A stretch of DNA of 64,000 nt from Anaerolineales bacterium UBA6055 (GCA_002428985.1 DIYL01000059.1:127573-191572), one strand, 5' to 3'; shown: positions 54,753 through 64,000, counted from the stretch's first letter. Numbers and translations: made by a program. The notes: a model not told the origin generated them from the sequence alone.

Positions 54753-56339
54753 ATGAGTCAAGAAGAACTAGGCAAGAACGAAGAAAACCATGAAGAAGCT
54801 TCGTCTGCCGAGTTGTCGCAATCAGAAACGGCTGACGCTGTAGACTCTACCGAGGATACAACGACAGAAAGTGGGACAACGGCAGAAGAAACAAACACCG
54901 AAGATACACCAGTAGTAAGCGAACATGAAGCAGAATCGACCGATTCTACTGATGATGAAGCAACTGTCGAAGCATCAGAAGATGAAAACGATGTGCAGGT
55001 GGATGATGCTGACCTCAAATATAAACGAGGACAGGTCTACAGAGGTACAATTGCAAGTACCACCCCGACCGCAGTTTATGTTGATCTTGGTGATGGCGAT
55101 CAAGGTGTTGTTCCAGGGCGTGAACTGGAACTAATGACCCGTAAAATGCTCGAATCATTAACCGAAGGTGCCGAGGTTGATGTATACGTAGTCAATCCAA
55201 GTAACCCACGCGGGGATATCATCCTCTCGATTAATCACGCATTGGAAGAATTGGATTGGCGACAAGCCGAAGAGTATGCGCAAACCAAAGATGTGTATGA
55301 TGCACAAATTGGTGGTTACAATAAAGGTGGCTTAATTGTCCGCTTCGGTCGTTTACGTGGATTTGTCCCACAAAGCCAACTGGCAGAAGAACGTACCCGT
55401 AACATGTCGGGCGACACACCAGAAGAACGCTATGGTCCGATGGTGAATGATCCGATTGGCGTAAAAGTCATGGAAGTCGATCGTAGCCGTAACCGTCTGA
55501 TTCTCTCAGAACGCGTTGCCATGCGCGAAGTTCGCCAGAAACGCAAAGAAGCCCTGATTGAAGATTTGGCTGTCGGTGAAGTCCGTACCGGTACTGTGGT
55601 GAGCCTAGAAAACTTTGGTGCATTCGTCGATATTGGCGGTGCAGAAGGTCTTGTCCACCTGACCGAATTAGATTGGGGTCATGTGACCCACCCACGCCAA
55701 AGCGTAAGCATCGGTCAAGAAGTCGAAGTTGAAGTCATCAGTATCGATCCAAAAGCAAAACGCATCGGTCTCAGCCGTCGTCGTCGCCTGAACGATCCAT
55801 GGGACGAAATTGCGACCTCAATGCGCCGTGGTCAACTAGTCAAAGGACAAGTGACAAAACTGACAAAATTTGGTGCATTTGCCAAACTTGTCGATAATCC
55901 AGCCGTTGAAGGATTAGTTCATATTTCCGAGCTATCCAGCGAACGCGTGACCCACCCACGTGAAGTCGTTAAACGTGGTGATGAGCTAGCATTGCGCATC
56001 GTCAAGATTGATGTCAAAGAACGTCGCCTTGGCTTGAGCTTGAAATCAGTCAACTCAACTGAATATCTCGACCTCGACTGGGAAATGGCAATTCAAGATT
56101 CCGCCAATCTACCAGACGAAGAATCTGTCGCAGAAGCTGAAGCACCTGTAGAGGAAGCACCAGCAGAAGAACCTGTCACTGAAGTCGAAGCTCCTGTAGA
56201 GGAAACTCCCGCAGAAGAACCTGTTGCTGAAGTCGAAGCTCCTGCAGAGGAAGCATCGGCAGAAGAACCTGTTGCTGAAGAAGCGCCTGCTGAGGAAACA
56301 CCAGCGGAAGAGCCTGTAGAAGAAGACAGCGACGACTAA
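54753..56339 (+). CDS. rpsA: Ribosomal protein S1-like protein (four S1 domains) with acidic N- and C-terminal extensions
   Basis: Four OB/S1 units: G.VYRGTI, G..V.G.V, GEVRTGTVVSLENFGAFVDIGG.EGLVH and GQLVKGQVTKLTKFGAFAKL...EGLVHISE. Confidence 0.8.
   Translation: MSQEELGKNEENHEEASSAELSQSETADAVDSTEDTTTESGTTAEETNTEDTPVVSEHEAESTDSTDDEATVEASEDENDVQVDDADLKYKRGQVYRGTIASTTPTAVYVDLGDGDQGVVPGRELELMTRKMLESLTEGAEVDVYVVNPSNPRGDIILSINHALEELDWRQAEEYAQTKDVYDAQIGGYNKGGLIVRFGRLRGFVPQSQLAEERTRNMSGDTPEERYGPMVNDPIGVKVMEVDRSRNRLILSERVAMREVRQKRKEALIEDLAVGEVRTGTVVSLENFGAFVDIGGAEGLVHLTELDWGHVTHPRQSVSIGQEVEVEVISIDPKAKRIGLSRRRRLNDPWDEIATSMRRGQLVKGQVTKLTKFGAFAKLVDNPAVEGLVHISELSSERVTHPREVVKRGDELALRIVKIDVKERRLGLSLKSVNSTEYLDLDWEMAIQDSANLPDEESVAEAEAPVEEAPAEEPVTEVEAPVEETPAEEPVAEVEAPAEEASAEEPVAEEAPAEETPAEEPVEEDSDD
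56139..56324 (+). repeat. Tandem 48-nt coding repeat (3 full units plus 1 partial) in the S1 C-terminal tail
   Basis: Units lie at 56139-56186, 56187-56234 and 56235-56282, with a partial unit to 56324. They encode EAPVEE(A/T)PAEEPV(T/A)EV. Confidence 0.85.
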
Positions 56340-56364
56340 TCTCTGTCCACATAAATGATTTTCC

Positions 56365-56392
56365 GAGAGACATCCACATGGGTGTCTCTTTT
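56365..56392 (+). terminator. Rho-independent terminator of the S1 gene
   Basis: AGAGACATCC-acat-GGGTGTCTCT stem followed by TTT, 26 nt after the stop. Confidence 0.65.
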
Positions 56393-56493
56393 GATTGGAT
56401 GGTAGTCGTCCTACAAAAATCCACTATAATTGAGAGTATTATAGTAAATCAAATTTTAATATTGACAATATATCTCGTCGCAGTTGTGTAGGC

Positions 56494-56509
56494 ACGAGGC
56501 ATGCCTCGT
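56494..56509. promoter_or_regulatory. Perfect 16-bp palindrome ACGAGGCATGCCTCGT
   Basis: Read directly. It lies about 70 nt upstream of the ATG at 56581 and downstream of a TTGACA hexamer (56462-56467). Additional CTCGTC/GACGAG copies are at 56474 and 56529. Confidence 0.4.
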
Positions 56510-56580
56510 CCTTACGGTATATATAGTTGACGAGTTTCGCATCAATTCTACAGGTCTGTAATGAAGGACATCACATCATC

Positions 56581-57123
56581 ATGCTGAAACGCCTAGCCAA
56601 CTGGTCAACACCCATCCTAACATTCCCTTATATTTTACGCACCCGTCGCAACCACGGCTTAGAACATGCCACCATTCATGTCCTGAGCAAACAACGCTAT
56701 AACTTATCCGGACGGAGCAACGATAGCGGGTTTGTGCTGATTGGTGATGCCCCGACCGAGAAAATCGAAGTTGCTGTACAAGAAGCGATCAACCGCATGA
56801 AACGAGGCGAACATCAGCTAGCGATTCATCCCAATTGTGGGACAAACTTAGTCACAGCCGGATTTCTAGCAACCTTGGTTGCATGGCTCGGATTTGGTGG
56901 AAGCAATCGCCGTGATAGCTACGAACGCTTCCCGACCGTGATGATATTTATGATGGGCGTGGTCTTGTTCTCAACACCCATTGGCATGGCATTACAAAAA
57001 TACTTCACCACCGAAGGCGATGTTGGCAATATGGAACTCATCAGTGTGACCAGAAGCACCGCCACCATTCCATTTACTGGGCGCACTGTCGTCACCCATC
57101 GTGTGACAACCCGACAGGACTAA
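56581..57123 (+). CDS. Hypothetical membrane protein (HGLEHATIH ... HPNCGTN motifs)
   Basis: ATG at 56581; the track starts at a TTG at 56527. Two or three hydrophobic segments. The conserved His/Cys pattern suggests a metal site. Family not identified. Confidence 0.5.
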   Translation: MLKRLANWSTPILTFPYILRTRRNHGLEHATIHVLSKQRYNLSGRSNDSGFVLIGDAPTEKIEVAVQEAINRMKRGEHQLAIHPNCGTNLVTAGFLATLVAWLGFGGSNRRDSYERFPTVMIFMMGVVLFSTPIGMALQKYFTTEGDVGNMELISVTRSTATIPFTGRTVVTHRVTTRQD

Positions 57124-57130
57124 AGACCAC

Positions 57131-58129
57131 ATGAGCGATTCGCCAACATTCTATATTTTTCACGGTGATGATGACATCAGCCTCGAAAACGCCCTAAATA
57201 AAATGCGGGACTCAATGGGTGCAGATGGCGATTTTAACACCTCAGAATTTGAAGGATCAGAGACCACTGTGCCGGACGTCTTAGGCGCAGTCAAGTCGAT
57301 GCCATTTTTAGCTGACAAACGCCTTGTCATTGTCAAAGGACTCATCAGCCATATCACGCGCAAAGGTGCAGGCGAAACCGGCAAAAAAGCCAGCGAACGT
57401 TTACTAGAAGATTTGCCCAATTTACCCGCCCATGCCCGTCTTGTCTTAGTCGAACGCGACACCTTATCCGATAAAAATAAAATCCTGCGTACGACCGAAA
57501 AAATGGGTAACGGATATATCAGTAAATTCGAAAAACCCAAAAACCTCACCACATGGATTATTAAACGGGCGAAATCTGAATATGATGTCGAAATTGTGCC
57601 ACAAGCTGCCCAAGCTATCGCCGATGTCGTCAATGATGATATGCGCCGTGCCGATAGTGAATTGTACAAATTAGTCTGTTACGTCGACGGTGATCATCCC
57701 ATCAACGAGCAAGATGTCGCCACCTTGACCCCATATGTGCCCGAAGCCAATGTATTTGATATGGTTGATGCGCTCGCACAAGGCAACGGTAACACAGCAT
57801 TACGCTTAATTCATCAGGCATTACATGATAACCCACGCGACCCCGGTTTCGGTTTATTCTCATTGATTGTCAGACAATTTCGCTTAATTTTAATGGTGCG
57901 TGAACACCTCAATAGTGGGGGTGGCTCGCAAAATCCAACCATTGCGAAAGCACTTGGTGTTCATCCATTTGTAGCGGGGAAAGTTTCACAGCAATCACGC
58001 GCCTTCAATACAGAACAACTAGATTCTATTCTCAAGCGACTACAAAAATACGATCAAGATATGAAAACCGGACGCATTGATCCACGGCTCGCGCTCGATT
58101 TACTAGTCACCAGCCTCACACGGAACTAG
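57131..58129 (+). CDS. holA: DNA polymerase III delta subunit
   Basis: 332-aa ORF. Has the FYIFHGDD N-terminus, KRLVIVKGL and a C-terminal helical domain of typical size and order. Confidence 0.8.
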   Translation: MSDSPTFYIFHGDDDISLENALNKMRDSMGADGDFNTSEFEGSETTVPDVLGAVKSMPFLADKRLVIVKGLISHITRKGAGETGKKASERLLEDLPNLPAHARLVLVERDTLSDKNKILRTTEKMGNGYISKFEKPKNLTTWIIKRAKSEYDVEIVPQAAQAIADVVNDDMRRADSELYKLVCYVDGDHPINEQDVATLTPYVPEANVFDMVDALAQGNGNTALRLIHQALHDNPRDPGFGLFSLIVRQFRLILMVREHLNSGGGSQNPTIAKALGVHPFVAGKVSQQSRAFNTEQLDSILKRLQKYDQDMKTGRIDPRLALDLLVTSLTRN

Positions 58130-60410
58130 AGAGATCATTTAAGACATCAAGCGCATAATCAACAGCCTCATTGAGTGACAGCATATATCCGGTATCATAT
58201 GCCTGTTGTAAACCACGATCATCTTGGCGTAAGGTATCTAAATGATCGAATGGCAAGATTAAATACTGGGTTTGAAATGGGAAGATACTCTGGCCAGTCG
58301 AATGCTCACGGGCACGCGCCGCACCAAACAGAACCATTGCTGCGTTAATCTGCTTGATCTCGACTAAAAGTACGATACACATCCAAAATAAATCGTGCAT
58401 ATGAAATGGAAATTCCAAGCGCTTACCAAGATCAAAGCTCTCATAAAATAGCTTGATCGCTTTATCATATTGCTGACGCAGTAGGGCAATCTCTGCTAAA
58501 CAACCAATCACAATCGCTTCGCGGCGTACTTCTTTTATCTGACGCGAAATATCAAGACATTCTTCAAATGCTTCAACAGCCTCATCATATGCCTGCGCTT
58601 CAGTCAGCAATAAACCCAGCACATTCAACATATTGGTCAATCCCGACATATCGTCGATGTCACGCATTAATGCTATTGTTTTGCGATTCGCCTGAATCCG
58701 AACATCAAGTGCATTCCCCACATCAATAGCTGGGAAATTTGAACTCCATGCAATACCCCGTCGATCACCTAATGATTGATATGTACTCAACGCCAATGCC
58801 CCATACGCCCGACAAGATTGTTTATCACCACGGAAGTAAGCCAAGTTTCCAGCAGTCAGATACAAATTTGCCCGATACGATGCATCTACATCATCTTGAT
58901 ATTCCATAGCTGCTTGTACCCATCGCCAGCTTTTATCGGCAATCCCTTGATACCACCAGTAATCACGCAACCCGGCAACAAGCCGCACGCCAGTTTCTGG
59001 CTCATATCCCGCCAGTGACCAGCTCATCGCTTTTGTCAAATTGTTATACTCTAAATCTAATTTCCGAAACCACCATGATTGATTTTGACTACGCAAATGT
59101 AACACCGCTTGTTCAACCAACCCCATAAAATATCGCGCATGCCGCGACTGTACTGCACGGTAGTCATCCATTCGCTCCAATTTTTCTCGGGCATAGGCTT
59201 GTAGTGTCATCAGCATGATAAAACGCGGTTCGTTCATTACATCATCAATCTGTAAAATCATACTCTTATCAAGCAAGGCACTCAGGTCATCAAACAAATT
59301 CTCGGTGTCATCATAGATCGCTTGTATAGCCGCTAACGATGCCCCACTTTGAAAAACACTCAACTGTACGAATAGTCGTTGCTCACGTTTAGATAAAAGC
59401 TGATAACTCCAATCAATCGTATTCGTTAAATTGCGGTGCCGTTCGGGTATATTCCGCTGACGACTCGATGGAATTGCCATATGTTGTGCTAGTTTTTCCC
59501 GTAATTGCTTTGGAGAAAACAACCGCACATGAACCGATAATAATTCAATAGCTAATGGTAAACCATCTACCAGCTGACATATTGTTTGAATATCATCACG
59601 ATTCGCGTCCGTGAGTTGAAAAGTGGCGCGTTGTTGCTGTGCCCGTTGCACAAATAACTCGACAGCTTCAGAGGCTATCCCTAAAAACGTTGCATCCAGC
59701 GATAATGGTGGCACATGATAGACATATTCCCCTTCCAGATTAAGGACTTCACGACTGGTTGTCAGGACCGTCAGATGTTTTGATTTGGACAATAAGTCAC
59801 CCACGATAGCACTACCGTCAACGACATGCTCAACATTATCCAATAACAAAAGAATCTGTTTAGATGACAAAAAATGAATAATATGTGCAACAATATCATC
59901 CATCTTGCCAGTTAACCCTAGACTCTCAGCAATCACCGTCGGAATATCATCAACATCAGTAATCTTTGTTAGATCAACAAAGTAAATCCCATCTGTGAAG
60001 ATATTTTGTGCATGATTCGCGATTTCAATACTGAGCCGTGTTTTCCCTGTCCCACCTGTTCCTAGCAATGTAATCAAGCGATGCTGTTGGATAAGCTTCA
60101 GAACCGCATCCAGATGAGACTGTCGTCCGACAAATGATGACAATCTTTGAGGCAAGTTATTGTGGTAAGTATCTACTATTTCAGAGGAGTTTTCACCTGA
60201 TTGATTTAATATCTCAAGCTCAATTGCCTTAGCAACAGCTTCCCGCCGTCCAGACACATGTAATTTAGAGTATATGTGGCGCGCATACCAGCGCACCGTC
60301 TCGACTCCAATCGTGAGCCGTTCAGCAATTTCTCGATTCGATAGTCTTTCTGCCATTAATTCGAGGATTTCAAGTTCACGGTCTTTCAGTGACGTATACA
60401 TTACTGACAT
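58116..60410 (-). CDS. LuxR-HTH / STAND (NB-ARC-like) ATPase / TPR transcriptional regulator
   Basis: N-terminal LuxR HTH (LKDRELEILELMAERLSNREIAERLTIGVETVRWYARHIYSKL), Walker A GTGGTGKTR, LLLDNVEH Walker B and GLPLAIEL (NB-ARC-like), followed by TPR-like helices. It overlaps the holA 3' end by 14 nt (convergent). Confidence 0.85.
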   Translation of the reverse strand: MSVMYTSLKDRELEILELMAERLSNREIAERLTIGVETVRWYARHIYSKLHVSGRREAVAKAIELEILNQSGENSSEIVDTYHNNLPQRLSSFVGRQSHLDAVLKLIQQHRLITLLGTGGTGKTRLSIEIANHAQNIFTDGIYFVDLTKITDVDDIPTVIAESLGLTGKMDDIVAHIIHFLSSKQILLLLDNVEHVVDGSAIVGDLLSKSKHLTVLTTSREVLNLEGEYVYHVPPLSLDATFLGIASEAVELFVQRAQQQRATFQLTDANRDDIQTICQLVDGLPLAIELLSVHVRLFSPKQLREKLAQHMAIPSSRQRNIPERHRNLTNTIDWSYQLLSKREQRLFVQLSVFQSGASLAAIQAIYDDTENLFDDLSALLDKSMILQIDDVMNEPRFIMLMTLQAYAREKLERMDDYRAVQSRHARYFMGLVEQAVLHLRSQNQSWWFRKLDLEYNNLTKAMSWSLAGYEPETGVRLVAGLRDYWWYQGIADKSWRWVQAAMEYQDDVDASYRANLYLTAGNLAYFRGDKQSCRAYGALALSTYQSLGDRRGIAWSSNFPAIDVGNALDVRIQANRKTIALMRDIDDMSGLTNMLNVLGLLLTEAQAYDEAVEAFEECLDISRQIKEVRREAIVIGCLAEIALLRQQYDKAIKLFYESFDLGKRLEFPFHMHDLFWMCIVLLVEIKQINAAMVLFGAARAREHSTGQSIFPFQTQYLILPFDHLDTLRQDDRGLQQAYDTGYMLSLNEAVDYALDVLNDLSSSV

Positions 60411-60560
60411 GCACCCAAGCTATTAATCACTCAATATCATTTATATGTCCACTCATTTCGGGTGGCGACTAAACAACACCTCATATTGCATTATATAACA
60501 GAATCTAACACAACTGTGTTTTTAGCACCTACACAATTAGGTTTATGTTGGCGTTACTTG

Positions 60561-60605
60561 TGTGCTGTGCACTGGGCTTTCGGCTAGTCAAGATTGCACA
60601 GCACA
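60561..60605. promoter_or_regulatory. 11-bp inverted repeat TGTGCTGTGCA-N23-TGCACAGCACA in the divergent intergenic region
   Basis: Read directly. It ends 22 nt upstream of the ATG at 60628. Confidence 0.45.
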
Positions 60606-60627
60606 TACTTGTCCAATTTATAATTAA

Positions 60628-62463
60628 ATGGGAGACATCATGCAGCCACAACGCAAACCCAAAAAACGTCGTCTACAACGTCGTCGCCGTAAACCCAGTG
60701 AAGAATTAGCATCAAACCAAATGCCACCAACCAATGCAGACACAATTCTCAATATGCAACAAACGCTCGGCAATCAGGCTGTCATGCGAATGCTACAAAA
60801 TACTGCTGCACCACCCAAGCCTAAATCCACATTTAACCCATCATCATTTAAAATTCAACGTATGCCATCCGTTAATGATGCGCAGACATTAATCTATGAT
60901 AGTGAACGGGGTAGTAGCCAACAGACAAAATCCGTCATTATCAATATGTTGCGCGAATACCATGAGATTATGAATGGTGGGTACGAAGAAAACTTCCCAT
61001 CTGCCGATGAAATACGCATGGAAAAAGCCGACAAATATACAGCAGATACAATTAGTCATCTACAAGCACTTGCAAAGACAATTTCTATAAAAGCAAATGA
61101 ATTAAAAGCAACCGCAGAAAACCGTGCTGGTGGAAAAACCTTTAAAAAAGACAAGTCAAAACATCGGCAACGTGCCGCAAATATGAATCAGTTTTTGAAC
61201 ATTAACGGTGGGATTGATAAATCTGCTAAAATCTCAAGAATTATTAAAGCCAGACATCATAGTGCATTAATGGCGAAGATGACTGGCGCACAAGATTTGA
61301 ACTTCCTAACAACTGACGATATTGTAGGAGATGTAGAAGACGATGCAATCGCTGGAGGTGTTCACAGTCTCGGCAAAGGTCAGATGCAAACAGAAGACGG
61401 CATCAAAACTGGATATATGAAACAAGATGAATCGTCTCCCGACGACGCTGGCGCTATGACCGACATTAGTCGACAAGATGGCAAGCAGGGGTTACGGGCT
61501 GTTGCCACATATCAAATTAGCGAACTTCTACAAATGGGGATCATTCCCTACACTGCCCTAACTAAAAGCGAAGACGAAGAAGGCAACGTCACCACAGGTC
61601 AATTCATGGAAGAAGCCAAAGGGTTTACTGGTCGTGGTAAAGCCGTCAAGGAAGCATTACCAGATGATAAGCAACAACAAGCCAAAGCACTGCTTGATGA
61701 ACTCAAAAGCGATGACACCACCTCAGACCGTAAAGGCGAAATTGAATCGGAAATCACAGATTTAGTCGGCTTTGCCAACAGTCAAATCGGTATTCAAGAA
61801 GGTAATGACGGCAGAATTTACCAACTCGAACATGCTGCCGCCGACATCGATTGGATGACACCAGTACTCCAAAAAGACCTCAGTACACTACAACTTTTTG
61901 ACATCATTATTGCTCACGCAGATCGCCATGCCGAAAACTATATAGTCGAAACAGGCGAAGACGGTTCAATCACTGGCGCAAAAGGCATCGATAATGATTC
62001 TGTCTGGGGCAAACGAGTTGATAAAGACATGATGGAAGACAAAGGAGATTGGGGCTTCAATAGAGTACTGAAAACACCCGATTTGCCACCCGTTATAGAC
62101 GCTGAAGTCGCGTTACGGGTTGTTTCAACCCACTGGAACTCAATCGAGCGTATTCTAGCACAATACACAATGAAGGGTGACGAAATTGACGCAGCCAGAG
62201 GTCGCTGGGATTATGTACAAGAAGGTGTCAAAGCCATGATTATGGGTAACAAACTCGCCACTATGACCCTAGATAATCATCAAGAAATGATGATGTATGC
62301 CCGGCTCTATACAGCGATCGGTGAAAATCCGCCACAGGGCATGTGGAATCGCCAAATGATGACGTGGGGTGAAGAGACTGAAGACCTCATGAGTGAGGGC
62401 AGTTATATCTCCGAGATCGAAAATAATTACAACAGAAAAGTTAACCCAGACGATTATGCATAA
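60628..62463 (+). CDS. Effector-like protein: N-terminal GNxAVxRMLQ leader plus C-terminal type-II-PI4-kinase-like (PI3/PI4-kinase superfamily) motifs
   Basis: Basic N-terminus, then MQQTLGNQAVMRMLQN. Downstream come LRAVATYQISELLQMGIIPYT, LFDIIIAHADRHAENYIVE and AKGIDND. An alternative ATG at 60640 has GGGAGA 4 nt upstream. Confidence 0.6.
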   Translation: MGDIMQPQRKPKKRRLQRRRRKPSEELASNQMPPTNADTILNMQQTLGNQAVMRMLQNTAAPPKPKSTFNPSSFKIQRMPSVNDAQTLIYDSERGSSQQTKSVIINMLREYHEIMNGGYEENFPSADEIRMEKADKYTADTISHLQALAKTISIKANELKATAENRAGGKTFKKDKSKHRQRAANMNQFLNINGGIDKSAKISRIIKARHHSALMAKMTGAQDLNFLTTDDIVGDVEDDAIAGGVHSLGKGQMQTEDGIKTGYMKQDESSPDDAGAMTDISRQDGKQGLRAVATYQISELLQMGIIPYTALTKSEDEEGNVTTGQFMEEAKGFTGRGKAVKEALPDDKQQQAKALLDELKSDDTTSDRKGEIESEITDLVGFANSQIGIQEGNDGRIYQLEHAAADIDWMTPVLQKDLSTLQLFDIIIAHADRHAENYIVETGEDGSITGAKGIDNDSVWGKRVDKDMMEDKGDWGFNRVLKTPDLPPVIDAEVALRVVSTHWNSIERILAQYTMKGDEIDAARGRWDYVQEGVKAMIMGNKLATMTLDNHQEMMMYARLYTAIGENPPQGMWNRQMMTWGEETEDLMSEGSYISEIENNYNRKVNPDDYA

Positions 62464-62476
62464 ATCATCAATAATA

Positions 62477-64000
62477 TTATTGTGATATCTGTTGCTCTGG
62501 TTCCCTAAATGCCAATGTATCAAGTAGAAAATCACTAGCATCATCCAGTGACATCGCATAACCAACGGCATAGGCTTCTTCAAATGTCACATCAGATGCC
62601 CTCAAGTGATCAAGATGAGCACCAAATTCTCGGACATATTGGAGTTGGTTAGGATACACCTTCTGACCACTCCGCTGTTCACGTGCTTGTGCTGCACCAT
62701 ACAACACCATCGCCGTATTAAACTCTTCCAAAGCCACCATCAACCAAACAGATGTCCAAACCAGATGATGCAATTCAAACCCAAAGTTTATATCCCGCCC
62801 TTTTCTTATAGATTCAGCGATTCGTTGGGCAGCAACATCATATCGTCCTTGACGAAATGCGAGATCACCCAGATTGCTCAGCACAGAATTTTGCTGACGG
62901 GCATTACCACCATCACCTGCAATCCGATAACCCTCAAGATAATGTTCTTCGGCTTTCTCATACATACCAACATCCATGTACAACAATGCAAACGAGTTAT
63001 GTTTGAGTGATATACCGATAGTATCATTCACCTGCTCTAATAATTTCAGGGATTCTTCGTAATTTTTGATGGTCTGTTCTAGTGATTGAACCCGCCCTAA
63101 TGTCGGCAACAAATAACACCACGCAATCCCATAATCATCCTCAAGAGCCGTATACAAAGCCAATGCCGACCGTCCCCACCGCATTGACGTCTCAGCATCT
63201 TGCCGAAAGTACGAAATAAACGCACCAGCCAACAAAAACTCAGCCCGTGTCGCATCAGAGACATCATTTAACTGATGTTCACCCCGTTCAAACCAGTGCC
63301 AGCCTTCACCATGTAACCCCTGATACCACCAATAATTACGTAAAGCAGCGATCATTTGGATACCAGGTTCCACAAACTGTCCATCTAATGCCCATGTCAA
63401 TACCTGCCGGATATTACCCTGTTCAATACCAAGGCGGGTAAACCAATATTCTTGCTTCGAAGCCATCAATTCCGGCGCAGCTTGTTGTGTCAAATGATGA
63501 TAGAACCCAACATAACGCTGTTGAATATCGTATCGACGATTAGCTTCATTTAACTGATTACGACCAAATGCTTTCAGCGTTTCCAGCATATAAAAACGGG
63601 GTTCTTCAAGTTGATCCTCATATTGCCGGATCATACTCTTATCAATTAACACCAGCAACAAGTCAAATAAATCAGTTTCGAGGTCATCGTCCACAATCGC
63701 TTCAATCGCATCAAGTGGTGCACCATCATTGAAAATTGATAAACACAAGAATAATTGTCGCTCCTCATCCGACAACAGTTGATAACTCCAATCAATCGTT
63801 TGATACAGTGTGCGGTGTCGATTAGGAATATCGAGTGCCCGATTTGCAAAACCAGTTATTCGTTTATCCATCCGCTTGAGGAGTGCGGAAGGCGACAAAA
63901 GCTTGATATGCGCGGCAACCAATTCAATCGCTAACGGTAACCCATCAAGCTGTTCACAAATGAGCAAAATATCATCAATATTATTATCGGTAACCTCAAA
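62477..64000 (-). CDS. LuxR-HTH / STAND ATPase / TPR regulator paralog (5' end beyond the window)
   Basis: The frame is open to the window edge. GLPLAIELVAAH and the whole TPR region align with residues ~275-764 of the 58116-60410 protein. Confidence 0.8.
   Translation of the reverse strand, partial: FEVTDNNIDDILLICEQLDGLPLAIELVAAHIKLLSPSALLKRMDKRITGFANRALDIPNRHRTLYQTIDWSYQLLSDEERQLFLCLSIFNDGAPLDAIEAIVDDDLETDLFDLLLVLIDKSMIRQYEDQLEEPRFYMLETLKAFGRNQLNEANRRYDIQQRYVGFYHHLTQQAAPELMASKQEYWFTRLGIEQGNIRQVLTWALDGQFVEPGIQMIAALRNYWWYQGLHGEGWHWFERGEHQLNDVSDATRAEFLLAGAFISYFRQDAETSMRWGRSALALYTALEDDYGIAWCYLLPTLGRVQSLEQTIKNYEESLKLLEQVNDTIGISLKHNSFALLYMDVGMYEKAEEHYLEGYRIAGDGGNARQQNSVLSNLGDLAFRQGRYDVAAQRIAESIRKGRDINFGFELHHLVWTSVWLMVALEEFNTAMVLYGAAQAREQRSGQKVYPNQLQYVREFGAHLDHLRASDVTFEEAYAVGYAMSLDDASDFLLDTLAFREPEQQISQ

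Noticed and set aside
1-64000. CRISPR arrays, tRNA/rRNA genes, transposases, integrases and IS inverted repeats
   Set aside because: Reading all intergenic regions and the ORF translations, I found no regularly spaced repeat array, no cloverleaf-compatible sequence and no DDE, tyrosine or serine recombinase-like ORF. This was a visual scan only, so tRNAscan, Infernal or ISfinder would be needed for certainty.

Overview
This is a gene-dense 64-kb chromosomal window with about 55 credible CDS. Reading by eye, I found no rRNA, tRNA, CRISPR array, transposase or integrase. Housekeeping and envelope genes include two ClpC-class AAA+ chaperones, HtrA, PBP2, an LCP protein, NhaA, exonuclease III, ribosomal protein S1, holA, an M20 amidohydrolase, an M29 aminopeptidase, a nitrilase, an SDR and a P450. 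Six Uma2 (DUF820) endonuclease genes are also present. This content resembles a Chloroflexota-like (or similar filamentous, monoderm-like) genome, but that taxonomic guess is inference only. Visibly AT-richer accessory genes are interspersed. The signals I rate highest are listed here.

1. Two unrelated effector-like proteins share an N-terminal GN-x-x-V-x-R-(L/M)-(I/L)-Q leader. One (14400-16097) ends in a CHAP/NlpC-P60-type Cys-His hydrolase. The other (60628-62463) carries type-II-PI4-kinase-like catalytic motifs and is bracketed by two paralogous LuxR-HTH/STAND-ATPase/TPR regulators.
2. An orphan contractile-tail tube-like gene (31443-31877) has no sheath or baseplate genes nearby.
3. Two abutting polytopic membrane genes have almost identical transmembrane ends and a strongly diverged Asp-box ectodomain.
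4. Two tandem DUF6745-like genes have a nearly identical 279-nt 3' block.
5. An Rrf2 regulator plus small membrane protein cassette carries three copies of TGTAG-N9-CTACA and is flanked by a duplicated P450 3' end.

The window also holds a dynamin-like GTPase, two pseudogenes (a HAD hydrolase with one in-frame TAG and a frameshifted Uma2 gene) and several unexplained intergenic repeats. All family assignments come from motif reading and memory. No searches were run.
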